Made by a program: the position numbers and the translations under genes. From NCBI GenBank assembly GCA_043803105.1, contig JAZDKJ010000012.1, positions 118,150-182,149 of the forward strand: 64,000 bases of DNA. The letters are read 5' to 3'. Below are positions 55,683 through 64,000 of this stretch, in pieces (position 1 is the stretch's first letter; every line of letters starts with the position of its first letter). Source of the stretch: Candidatus Woesearchaeota archaeon. GTDB lineage: Archaea; Nanobdellota; Nanobdellia; Woesearchaeales; JAZDKJ01. The notes below the pieces were generated by a model, which searched no databases, was not told the DNA's origin, and saw only the letters and a program-made list of their open reading frames with translations.

Positions 55683-56357
55683 ATGGTAAACAAGTTTGCT
55701 GCTGTACTTGCTGACGTTTTTGGCACATTGACTCCTCCTGATTTCCCAAATAAGCTATTGGCAGACTTTTTTAAGAAAGGTGGCGATTTTGTTCATCCTG
55801 ATGACATCACTAATGCAGCTCTCTTGTTTAGGCTAGCCAAGGAATCCAACCTTTTTACACCCAAAGAAATATCTGACTACATAGCTCGAAAATTGGAGGC
55901 ACGGATAATTACCCCAGATTATCTGGAATTTATCGGTCACTCTAACATTGAAAGCTACAGAACCGGTACACTGAAAGGTGAAGTCTGTGATGATGTCCCG
56001 CCTGCTTTTCATTCCCTTCGAGACGCAGGCAAGGCCATCTACCTTTTCTCAAATAGCTTCGCCCCAGCCCTGCGTTTGCTCTTGAGGACCGCCACGCCTG
56101 AATATTTGGATTTGCTGGTTGATGACTACTTTGATACCTTGAAGACAGGACCCAAGGAGGACTCCAAAAGCTACTCACAGATTGCAAAATCAATAGGCCT
56201 TCCCCCAAGCACAATCCTGTACGTGGATGATAAGCTCGATGGTTTGGTTGCTGCAGAAATGGCTGGTATGCAGGTCGCACATATTTCAAGGCCAGGGGCC
56301 AAACCTGCTGGCATGCACAATTATCGCACCATAAACAATTTACTGGAAGTTTTATGA
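55683..56357 (+). CDS. HAD-superfamily phosphatase (enolase-phosphatase E1/MtnC-like)
   Basis: 'ADVFGT', 'YLFSN', 'GPKEDSKSYSQIA', 'LYVDD...AAEMAGM'. Confidence 0.8.
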   Translation: MVNKFAAVLADVFGTLTPPDFPNKLLADFFKKGGDFVHPDDITNAALLFRLAKESNLFTPKEISDYIARKLEARIITPDYLEFIGHSNIESYRTGTLKGEVCDDVPPAFHSLRDAGKAIYLFSNSFAPALRLLLRTATPEYLDLLVDDYFDTLKTGPKEDSKSYSQIAKSIGLPPSTILYVDDKLDGLVAAEMAGMQVAHISRPGAKPAGMHNYRTINNLLEVL

Positions 56358-56417
56358 GGGATTAATGTCTGATTTTTTTAGACAACATTTATATACAAAA
56401 TTTCATGTTGGCATAAT

Positions 56418-57482
56418 GTGAGCTACAAAAAAACCGCGTTGATTGCTAACCTTAGGAAAAAGCACTTCGAAAAGAATTGGGAAAACAATCTGACAATCCT
56501 TGCCGCAATCATCGGTTCTACAGGCTGTTTTCAAAGCATGAAGAAGATATTTGGCGTACAACTTCACTATGCCTTCATATTTCATCATAACCGCACCACA
56601 TCCTCTTACATTGACCAAAAAGACCTTAATATGTTTGGAAAGAGTCTCTACAACAAGGTCAAACGCAATTACAATCTCGTAAGGATTTGGTCAGACGCTT
56701 TGAAGCAATCGACTGATGATTTATCAGCTAAGCTAAACAAGGATCCAATACTTTATTTCTCGAATACAGAGTTCTTTGATCTCATCGAAGTAATGGACAA
56801 TCTGACAGCTTATCGGGTTGCAACAAAGCAGTTGATAAACCACATGCCGGAAGATGTTTTGAAAAAGCTTGGTCACTTTCTGGTTGATGCAAGAAAGTAT
56901 TGCGAGCATGTGTATTTTGAGACTGATAAGTTTCTTTACAGATTTGCATCTGAAATATCAAAAAGAGAGAATTATTCAGTTCAAGAGATCTTGAGTTTAA
57001 CTCATTTTGAACTTTATGAATACATCAAGAACGGAAAGTTGCCGTCTCACAATCTCCTAAAGGACAGAAATAATATTGGTGTTCTGTTAACTTCAAAGAG
57101 TCCGGTGTTGTTCACCAAGAGTGAAACTGGCGCTTTGCTTAACGCTTGGGAAAAGGTGGCAAATACAGGCACTTTGCATGGCCAAGTCGCATTTCCCGGG
57201 TTAGTTAGAGGCAACGCAAGGGTTATCACAGAGTATAAAGGCGCAGTGTTTGCCAAAGGCGATATCCTTGTTACAGGAATGACTGACCCCAACTATCTTT
57301 CCATAATGAAAAAGGCTGGAGCAATAGTGACTGACATGGGTGGCTTGCTCTGTCATGCCGCGATTGTAGCAAGAGAGATGAAAAAACCCTGTATTATAGG
57401 CACAAAGTACGCTACAAAAGTCTTAAAAGACGGTGATCTGGTTGAAGTTGACGCTTACAAAGGTGTTGTGAGGAAACTATGA
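56418..57482 (+). CDS. Helical domain + PEP-utilizing phospho-His swivel domain
   Basis: 'GQVAFPGLVRG', 'GDILVTGMTDP', 'TDMGGLLCHAAIVAREMKKPC'. Confidence 0.88.
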   Translation: MSYKKTALIANLRKKHFEKNWENNLTILAAIIGSTGCFQSMKKIFGVQLHYAFIFHHNRTTSSYIDQKDLNMFGKSLYNKVKRNYNLVRIWSDALKQSTDDLSAKLNKDPILYFSNTEFFDLIEVMDNLTAYRVATKQLINHMPEDVLKKLGHFLVDARKYCEHVYFETDKFLYRFASEISKRENYSVQEILSLTHFELYEYIKNGKLPSHNLLKDRNNIGVLLTSKSPVLFTKSETGALLNAWEKVANTGTLHGQVAFPGLVRGNARVITEYKGAVFAKGDILVTGMTDPNYLSIMKKAGAIVTDMGGLLCHAAIVAREMKKPCIIGTKYATKVLKDGDLVEVDAYKGVVRKL

Positions 57483-58918
57483 GTAAAGAAAAATGGGTTC
57501 TCGTTGTTTCCTTCAAGGTGGAGTTATTGTCAGAATTTTCCATAATTAAAGGACAAAGGGACTTTGGCAAGAAGGTTCTCCCCATATTTCCTTCTTATAG
57601 AAACTATCTATACATTGATAATGATATCTATAACGATGCCGTTGAATTCAAAAGAATCAAAGAATACCTCTTGGCAAATCCTGTTTTGCGCGTCGAGCAT
57701 GTCTACAACGTAATTCAGGAACAGTCTTCCAAATTCTTATCTGTGGCAACACGTTGCAACAAAGGTGTAACCACAACAACTCCGACTGACCAGCTTGCAG
57801 AGAGGATGCGGGTATTTCTCCAGGAATTTCAAAAAACCGCAAGCCTAATGGGGGTCCCCACATTAATTGATATCATTCTGTCTGAAGTTCTCTCAGCATA
57901 TCTGGAAAAGGATTTGAAAGAACAAGCAAGATTTGCGCTGGCTAGGCTGGCTGTCCCTTACAAAAGGCTAGGCTTATTCAAGGAGAAAATAGAATTAGCT
58001 CACATAGCTTTATCGGCAGCTGCTCATGGGCTAAATTCTCCGAAAGTCCAGTTGTTGACTACCAAGCATGCTCGCAACTATGGTTGGATTCACTCCACCT
58101 TTTTCCTGGGGTGCAGATACGGTAAGCATGAGATTGAAAAAGAGTTGAGGCAAATGATTCCTAATGCGAAAAGAGAAATAACGATGCTTCTACAAGGTCG
58201 GGCAAAGCAACTTTCCGAAGCACGGCTTACAAGATCTAAAATCACTAGCGTTGAAGGCAGGCAAATTGCCGGATTACTCACGAAAGCAGTATACTTTAGG
58301 ACTGCCCGCTTGGAAAGCCTAAACAAGGCATGTTATGAGGTTAGACCCCTCTTCAAGGAGGTTGCAAGACGTCTTGACCTAAGTTTCAATGAGCTGATTC
58401 ATCTGCTTCCTGATGAAATCTTGCGCTCTTTATCTGATGGTTCTGTTTCAAGGAAGGCCAGGATGGCAATTCGCATGAGGCAAAAAGCCTATGGAATAAT
58501 CTCTGATGCCAAGCACGAGGCAGTAGTTATTACCGGCCCCAAAATTGGCGAATGGAAAAAAAGGCTCGCCGTTGCCTCAAAATCCACTGATATCGTTAAG
58601 GGTATTCCTGCCTTTACAGGAATTGTTAGAGGCAAGGTAGTGGTAGTGAAAGACAGGACTGAGTTGTTCAAGGTAAAGAAAGGAAACATTGTGGTAATAC
58701 CATTGACCACCCCGGATTATATCATTGCAATGAAGAAAGCTGCTGGTGTTGTAACAGACTTGGGCGGTGTGACAAGTCATGCAGCAATTACGAGTAGGGA
58801 ACTGAAAATTCCTTGCATTGTTGGCACCTCAAATGCCACAAAGGTTTTAAAAGACGGTGATTATGTTGAGGTTGACGCCAATAAAGGCATTGTCAAAATC
58901 TTGAAAAGGTCAAAATGA
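57479..58918 (+). CDS. Helical domain + PEP-utilizing phospho-His swivel domain
   Basis: 'TDLGGVTSHAAITSRELKIPC'; 'YGWIH'; ATGA overlap. Confidence 0.88.
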   Translation: MSKEKWVLVVSFKVELLSEFSIIKGQRDFGKKVLPIFPSYRNYLYIDNDIYNDAVEFKRIKEYLLANPVLRVEHVYNVIQEQSSKFLSVATRCNKGVTTTTPTDQLAERMRVFLQEFQKTASLMGVPTLIDIILSEVLSAYLEKDLKEQARFALARLAVPYKRLGLFKEKIELAHIALSAAAHGLNSPKVQLLTTKHARNYGWIHSTFFLGCRYGKHEIEKELRQMIPNAKREITMLLQGRAKQLSEARLTRSKITSVEGRQIAGLLTKAVYFRTARLESLNKACYEVRPLFKEVARRLDLSFNELIHLLPDEILRSLSDGSVSRKARMAIRMRQKAYGIISDAKHEAVVITGPKIGEWKKRLAVASKSTDIVKGIPAFTGIVRGKVVVVKDRTELFKVKKGNIVVIPLTTPDYIIAMKKAAGVVTDLGGVTSHAAITSRELKIPCIVGTSNATKVLKDGDYVEVDANKGIVKILKRSK

Positions 58919-59862
58919 GTTTCATCAAGAAGTTTAAGCAGTTATCAAAGAAAGACACATCTATCGCCGGAGGCAAAGGTGCATCCCTGGGGGAGATGAC
59001 CAATGCCAAGATTCCTGTTCCTCCAGGCTTTGTTATCCTCTCCAGAGCCTTTGACAGTTTCATTGGAGATAACAGCCTTGCACCCGAAATCGAGGCAGCC
59101 CTTGACTCTGTGAACCATACAGATATTGAGACCGTTGAACGATGCTCAGAGACTGTTCAAGAGCTTATCTTGAAATCGAAAATCAAACAATCGATTGCTG
59201 CCGAGATAACCAACTCTTTCAAATCATTGAAGTCTAAGTACGTTGCAGTGCGCTCAAGCGCGACAGCAGAGGACTCATCAACTGCTGCCTGGGCAGGCCA
59301 ATTGCAAAGCTTCCTTTTTACAACTGAGAAGACTCTGCTTGATAATGTGAAGAGCTGTTGGGCCTCTTTATTCTCGCCCAGGGCAATCTTCTACAGGTTT
59401 GAAAAAGGATTGCACAAGCAAAAGATATCTGTTGCTGTTGTTGTCCAGAAGATGGTCAATAGCGAGGTCGCAGGAGTTGCTTTCTCAGTTCATCCAGTTA
59501 CAAAAGACAGGAACCAATTGATTATTGAGGCAGGCTTTGGTTTGGGTGAGGCTGTTGTCTCCGGACAGATTACCCCTGATAGTTATGTTGTGGATAAAGA
59601 GGATTTTGCTATCATAGAAAATAATGTTTCTGAGCAAGAAAGGCAGATTGTTGCTGCAAAATCCGGAGGAATAACCTGGAATAAGGTTCCTGCAATCAAC
59701 ACCAAGAAGCCAAAGCTTAACGATAAGCAAATAATCTCTCTCTCCAAGCTCGTTGTTTTGATTGAGAAGCATTACAAGTTTCCTGTTGACATCGAGTGGG
59801 CTCTGGAAAAAGGAAAGTTCTATATAACACAAAGTAGACCTATAACGACATTAGGAAAATGA
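58915..59862 (+). CDS. Stand-alone PPDK/PEP-synthase N-terminal ATP-grasp domain
   Basis: 'GGKGASLGEM', 'PVPPGF', 'AVRSSATAED', 'AGQ', 'VQKMV', 'GLGEAVVSG', 'DIEWA', 'QSRPITT' then stop. Confidence 0.93.
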   Translation: MSFIKKFKQLSKKDTSIAGGKGASLGEMTNAKIPVPPGFVILSRAFDSFIGDNSLAPEIEAALDSVNHTDIETVERCSETVQELILKSKIKQSIAAEITNSFKSLKSKYVAVRSSATAEDSSTAAWAGQLQSFLFTTEKTLLDNVKSCWASLFSPRAIFYRFEKGLHKQKISVAVVVQKMVNSEVAGVAFSVHPVTKDRNQLIIEAGFGLGEAVVSGQITPDSYVVDKEDFAIIENNVSEQERQIVAAKSGGITWNKVPAINTKKPKLNDKQIISLSKLVVLIEKHYKFPVDIEWALEKGKFYITQSRPITTLGK

Positions 59863-61784
59863 TAAAATATTTGCCTCAGGTCTCTGTTCTTTTTGTTGAA
59901 GATGACGAAAAAGTACGCAAAGCGCTCACAAATATTTTGATAAAAAATGGGGTTTATGTTCACTCTGTTGATAATCTCCAGGATGCTATCAATGTCCTGA
60001 GGCATTGCAAGGTGGATATCTTGGTGAGCGATGGTGTATTTCCAAAAAGAACTGGTTTGCCAGCCACTCGTAACTTCCCTCTCTTGGTGGATTTCCTTAA
60101 GTCAAGTTCAACCGAGATAATTGCTTGGTCAAACTCCACTTATGTCCATGAGTATTGCAAAAAGCACAGGATCAAGTCTTACAGCAAAATCCTGCTCACA
60201 AGAGAGCGTTTCAGGCAGAAGGGCAGGGAGTACATCAAAGTAAGGACCTTGGCTGCAGACGATATTGTAGAATTGATTAAGCAAAGGCTTTTAGCAAGGA
60301 CAAGGCTTGTTAAGCTAATTAGTGACTCTTGTTTTGAGGTATATGTCAAAGACCCAATCACAATCTTAGGTGCTTTCCTTTCCATGGATGCAAGAACAAC
60401 TAGGTTTAAGGAGACTGCAGGCATTAACTACGGACCAGCAATTAGCGAGATGAATAATGGCATTGTGAAAGCCCTTATTGACACCAAGAATGATGAGCGT
60501 ATAGCTGACAGGATTCTTTCTATGATTCTCAGGGAAGACTTCTTCCCCGTCATAAAGAAAGAGGTGAACAAGCGCGCAAGCAGGCTCCTGGATTTCTCAA
60601 GAAGGTTGCGGCAATTGACTCTCCACAATCACTCAAACAAAGAACTCGCGCAACTCTATATGAAGTTCTGCATCCTTTTGATGGATATGCGCGTTTATTC
60701 AAGCCTTCCAACTGCTATGGAGCACAGGGTGAACCTTTGGTCTAAACACCTTAAGGACATTCTTAGGTCAAAGGTAAAAGACAAAGAAGAACTGAACAAA
60801 TTGTTGAGCCTGCTGACAACCCCAGAAAATCTTTCTTACGTCAGGGAATTTGAAAGAAAACTAGTCTTGCTTGGTAAGGAAAAGCTTCTTGGAAAGGACA
60901 TATCAAGAAAGGTTGATTCGATTGCCAAGGATTATGCCTGGATTAACTATTCTTTTGAAGGCACTCCTATTGATGGCAAATTTGTAAGAGCGAAGATTAC
61001 CTCTCTATGCAGTACGCTTAGTCAATGCAATTCTCTGCTCAAGGAGTTTGATGAATATGGCAAGGAGATTACACAAAGAAAGGCTCTGGCAAAAAAGACT
61101 TATGGGCTTACTGATGACAAAATTGCCAAGGTGAATATTGGCGCTGATATCGTTTTTCTTAAATTCTTCAGGAAAGGTGTTTTTGCAGAGTCATATTACA
61201 GTGTGGAATTCCTGCTTAAGGAGATAGGCAAGAGGATTGGTGCTTCTACACAGCACGTAGCCAACATGCTCCCTCAGGAGGTTCTTGCAGCGCTGTTTCT
61301 TGGCAGATTTCCGAAAGAATTGGTTGATTATAGAATAAAATCAGGCGTCTTGTTTCATAGCAAAGATGGTTCTGTTGCCTTTGGCAGCTGGTTAAAACCT
61401 TTTTACAAGCATAGGATTGTAAGAACTGTGGAATCCACCAGCCTGCAAGGCCAGACTGCCTTTCCAGGCTTGGTGAAAGGCAAGGTTCGCATTGTGAACA
61501 TTGCGGCAGATATGAAAGGCTTTAGCAAAGGTGACATCCTTGTCTCAAGGTCAACAAATCCATCCCTCATTCCAGTCATGCACAAGTGTGCTGCTATAGT
61601 TACAGATATCGGTGGCCTGACATGCCATGCTGCCATAGTGGCAAGGGAGTTAAAGAAGCCTTGTGTTGTCGGAACCAAGAATGCCACAAAGGTCTTAAAG
61701 GATGGTGATTTTGTAGAGGTTGATGCAAACAAGGCAATCGTGATCATACTGAAGAAAAATGAAAAGAATGCCAAATTTCGCTAA
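59859..61784 (+). CDS. Receiver (REC) domain + helical domain + phospho-His swivel domain
   Basis: 'VLFVEDD', 'DILVSDG', 'IIAWS', 'SYSK'; C-terminal 'TDIGGLTCHAAIVARELKKPC'. Confidence 0.85.
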   Translation: MIKYLPQVSVLFVEDDEKVRKALTNILIKNGVYVHSVDNLQDAINVLRHCKVDILVSDGVFPKRTGLPATRNFPLLVDFLKSSSTEIIAWSNSTYVHEYCKKHRIKSYSKILLTRERFRQKGREYIKVRTLAADDIVELIKQRLLARTRLVKLISDSCFEVYVKDPITILGAFLSMDARTTRFKETAGINYGPAISEMNNGIVKALIDTKNDERIADRILSMILREDFFPVIKKEVNKRASRLLDFSRRLRQLTLHNHSNKELAQLYMKFCILLMDMRVYSSLPTAMEHRVNLWSKHLKDILRSKVKDKEELNKLLSLLTTPENLSYVREFERKLVLLGKEKLLGKDISRKVDSIAKDYAWINYSFEGTPIDGKFVRAKITSLCSTLSQCNSLLKEFDEYGKEITQRKALAKKTYGLTDDKIAKVNIGADIVFLKFFRKGVFAESYYSVEFLLKEIGKRIGASTQHVANMLPQEVLAALFLGRFPKELVDYRIKSGVLFHSKDGSVAFGSWLKPFYKHRIVRTVESTSLQGQTAFPGLVKGKVRIVNIAADMKGFSKGDILVSRSTNPSLIPVMHKCAAIVTDIGGLTCHAAIVARELKKPCVVGTKNATKVLKDGDFVEVDANKAIVIILKKNEKNAKFR

Positions 61785-63234
61785 GGTCAAGGCAGAGCTA
61801 CAGGATATTGACCCAGTTATCCAGAGTGCGAAGACTGCCATGACTTCCTGTGACATTGCTTTCGTTGGATACGCCCACTCTGATGTCTATGGCAAGTCTG
61901 TAGGTTCAGGTTATGCTTACCTTATTCCGAGGACTAACTTTCAATTCTATCAGATTAATCCCAAGAGCAATTTTGACAGGCTCTCAAGGCATGTTTACCA
62001 AGCTTACATGAAAGACTCAACCTTTGTTGCTTCAAAGCTTGCAAAGATGGAGGGCTTGAATGCCCGGCTGAAGAGATCTTGGCTGCTGATAAGAAAAAGC
62101 CCTGTTGTGACCTACAAGCTCTTTGATGAGCATGTTGAACTTTTTCGTGAATGGTGGAAGTATGCTTTGCTTGCAGAAGACAAGGGCAATATAATTGATG
62201 AATTGATAATCCCAAAGTTGGCAGCAGCGAAGCATATCTCTGTGCGTGATGCAACTGAGCTTGTTAAGATATGTACTCAGAAACCCTCTGTCTTCAGCCA
62301 AGAGCGCTCGGAGTTCCTAAACTTGTGCCTGTTGAAGCATTCGAGGGCTTCAGCCTTATTTGAGAAAAGATTGGCAGCCTACCTGAAGAATTATTTCTGG
62401 ATCAAGACTGATTTTTTTGAGTCTTTTCGCTATGATCAGCATGCAGTTGAGCAGGCTATTGAAAGAGAGCTAAAGAAATTCGGTGTTGATGAGCTTAAAG
62501 CTGAGCTAACACTTCTCAAGGAAAAACAGTTGGAGCAATTGCACAAACATTCCAGGATTAAATTGTCACAAAGCTCCAGAAAAGATATGGCTCTTGCTTC
62601 GCAGATAATCTCTTTTGTTGACAAGCGTAAGTCTGTCATGATGCAGAACTTCTTTTACTTTTTTCACATTTTGTCACGTGTTGCAAACCAAACCAAGATT
62701 TCCTGTATGGAAATCAAGTTGTACACTGTTGATGAACTGAAGGCTGTCCTTCGCACCGGAAGAAAATTGTCCAGTAGAGAGCTTTCCAGACGGAAGAAGG
62801 GTGTGTTTATTGTCTATGCCTTCAATAAGCCCGCAGTCCTTTTCACCGGCAAAGAGGCTCGCGAATTGTTCAGCATAATCTCCCATAGCATAAAAACAAG
62901 CTTTCTCCAAGGCCAAGTAGCAAGCACCGGAGGCAATGCTGCGGTTAAAGGCAGAGTGAAGATTATCCGTGATGCCAAAAACCAACCCTTCCCAAAAGAT
63001 GCGATTCTTGTTACCAGCATGACTAGGGTTGAATTCATTCCGTTGATGAGAAGGGCAAAGGCAGTCATAACCGATGAGGGTGGGCTTGCCTGTCATGCAG
63101 CGATTGTCTCTAGGGAGTTAGGTATTCCCTGTATAATCGGCGCCAAGAATGCAACAAGGCTGTTGAAAGACCAGGATCTTATAGAAATGAATATGGCAAC
63201 AGGCAGCATCAAGGTGCTTTCCGGTCCTAAATAG
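61759..63234 (+). CDS. Helical domain + PEP-utilizing phospho-His swivel domain
   Basis: 'YFWIK', 'ILVTSMTR', 'TDEGGLACHAAIVSRELGIPC'; start may be 61768. Confidence 0.88.
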   Translation: MKRMPNFAKVKAELQDIDPVIQSAKTAMTSCDIAFVGYAHSDVYGKSVGSGYAYLIPRTNFQFYQINPKSNFDRLSRHVYQAYMKDSTFVASKLAKMEGLNARLKRSWLLIRKSPVVTYKLFDEHVELFREWWKYALLAEDKGNIIDELIIPKLAAAKHISVRDATELVKICTQKPSVFSQERSEFLNLCLLKHSRASALFEKRLAAYLKNYFWIKTDFFESFRYDQHAVEQAIERELKKFGVDELKAELTLLKEKQLEQLHKHSRIKLSQSSRKDMALASQIISFVDKRKSVMMQNFFYFFHILSRVANQTKISCMEIKLYTVDELKAVLRTGRKLSSRELSRRKKGVFIVYAFNKPAVLFTGKEARELFSIISHSIKTSFLQGQVASTGGNAAVKGRVKIIRDAKNQPFPKDAILVTSMTRVEFIPLMRRAKAVITDEGGLACHAAIVSRELGIPCIIGAKNATRLLKDQDLIEMNMATGSIKVLSGPK

Positions 63235-63273
63235 GTTAAATTTTTAAAGCACTTTGCAATCCTCTAGCCTGAT

Positions 63274-63503
63274 GGGGACGTAGCTTAGCCTGGGAACAAA
63301 GGCTTAGCCGATGTCAGGACAAAGCACACGGCTGAAGACGGTATTATGACCCGTAAGGGAATGATTTGTTCGATACCGTGGTATCCGGGATTCAAACAGC
63401 TTTTTTTGCTTCGCAAAAAAACCTGGGAAAAAGCTTTTTTCCTCAACGGAAAAAAGAACGGTTTTGACAGAACAAAAGAAGCCTGAAAGTTCCCGCGTCC
63501 CCA
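63274..63503 (+). tRNA. tRNA-Phe(GAA) with three introns (63295-63320, 63338-63374, 63397-63489)
   Basis: Removing the introns gives a 74-nt cloverleaf: GGGGACG TA GCTT AGCCTGGGA AAGC A CACGG CTGAAGA CCGTG GTATC CGGGA TTCAAAT TCCCG CGTCCCC A. Confidence 0.88.
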
Positions 63504-63528
63504 TCTTTTTCTCTAAAACAAGTCGTAA

Positions 63529-63590
63529 ATGTAAAACATATATTACACATACGAAAAATTTATATACTAAATGTAAAATATATATGACAT
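63529..63590 (+). promoter_or_regulatory. Promoter with two imperfect palindromic operators flanking BRE/TATA
   Basis: ATGTAAAACATATATTACAC and ATGTAAAATATATATGACAT around CGAAAAATTTATATA. Confidence 0.6.
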
Positions 63591-63613
63591 TATGATTTTG
63601 GAGGTTGATTGAA

Positions 63614-64000
63614 ATGATTGGAAAGCCTGAATGGTTCACACGCAGAAAATACCTTGGCTGGGGTGTCTTCCCAAAGACCTGGCAGGGTTGGCTCTACATA
63701 GCAGTCTGTCTCTTGATATTTGCAGTTATTGAATTTTTGCCGTTAAGCGAAAATGCACGCTTAATCTCCCTTTTTGTCTTGATAGCGATCATCTGCGCCG
63801 ATATGATTGATGTAATGATCAGGATGAAGCATGATGAGCGCGACAGGCTTCACGAGGCTATTGCTGAGCGTAATTCAATGTGGGTTATGCTTGTAGTGCT
63901 TGCAATCGGTGTTGCCTACGAGTCAGCAAGAAGTGTAGTGCTTCAAAAGTTTACTGTTGACCCAGTTATAATCATTGCCTTGGTGATAGGTCTAGCTGTG
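63614..64000 (+). CDS. Conserved archaeal membrane protein, 3'-truncated by window edge
   Basis: GGAGG SD; MIGKPEWFTRRKYLGWG...PKTWQGW...DERDRLHEAIAERNS; open to window end. Confidence 0.8.
   Translation, partial: MIGKPEWFTRRKYLGWGVFPKTWQGWLYIAVCLLIFAVIEFLPLSENARLISLFVLIAIICADMIDVMIRMKHDERDRLHEAIAERNSMWVMLVVLAIGVAYESARSVVLQKFTVDPVIIIALVIGLAV

Noticed and set aside
58915-59862. Truncated ppsA pseudogene or frameshifted PEP synthase
   Set aside because: The ORF ends at the domain boundary with all motifs intact, the next gene starts with an unrelated REC domain via an ATGA overlap, and no pyruvate-binding barrel is present.
63304-63639. 111-aa minus-strand ORF
   Set aside because: Antisense to the intron-containing tRNA-Phe and a promoter.
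1-64000. CRISPR array, integrase/transposase, rRNA, inteins
   Set aside because: No regularly spaced direct repeats, recombinase motifs, rRNA-like tracts or intein-sized insertions were seen.

Overview
Gene-dense archaeal chromosome segment. The archaeal informational genes (ABCE1, Nop5/fibrillarin, RFC-L, archaeal SecDF, BHB-intron tRNA, BRE/TATA promoters) and the many small lineage-style hypothetical proteins suggest a DPANN archaeon, most likely Woesearchaeota-like (inference). Most of 1-51,600 is housekeeping: pyrG, pyrH, secFD, porGDAB, cysE-cysS, valS, glyS, pepN, a PadR/MacB-type ABC operon and tRNA-Thr(CGU). Four things stand out. (1) An operon at 56,418-63,234 with one stand-alone PPDK/PEP-synthase ATP-grasp domain and four divergent proteins that each end in a phospho-His swivel domain; one also has an intact response-regulator receiver domain, and a HAD phosphatase gene lies upstream. 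This looks like a split, modular dikinase or phosphorelay system. (2) A tRNA-Phe(GAA) with three BHB-type introns; its 93-nt T-loop intron has a related antisense copy directly downstream of tRNA-Thr. (3) An AT-rich island (Cys-rich surface protein plus degenerate M23 protein) bounded by hairpin arrays. (4) Smaller items: a probable non-AUG start for a GH15 gene, an unannotated 59-aa paralog, a beta-barrel-like protein, a CARF-like protein and a recurring TACT-N4-AGTA operator. All calls come from reading motifs by eye; no database searches were run.
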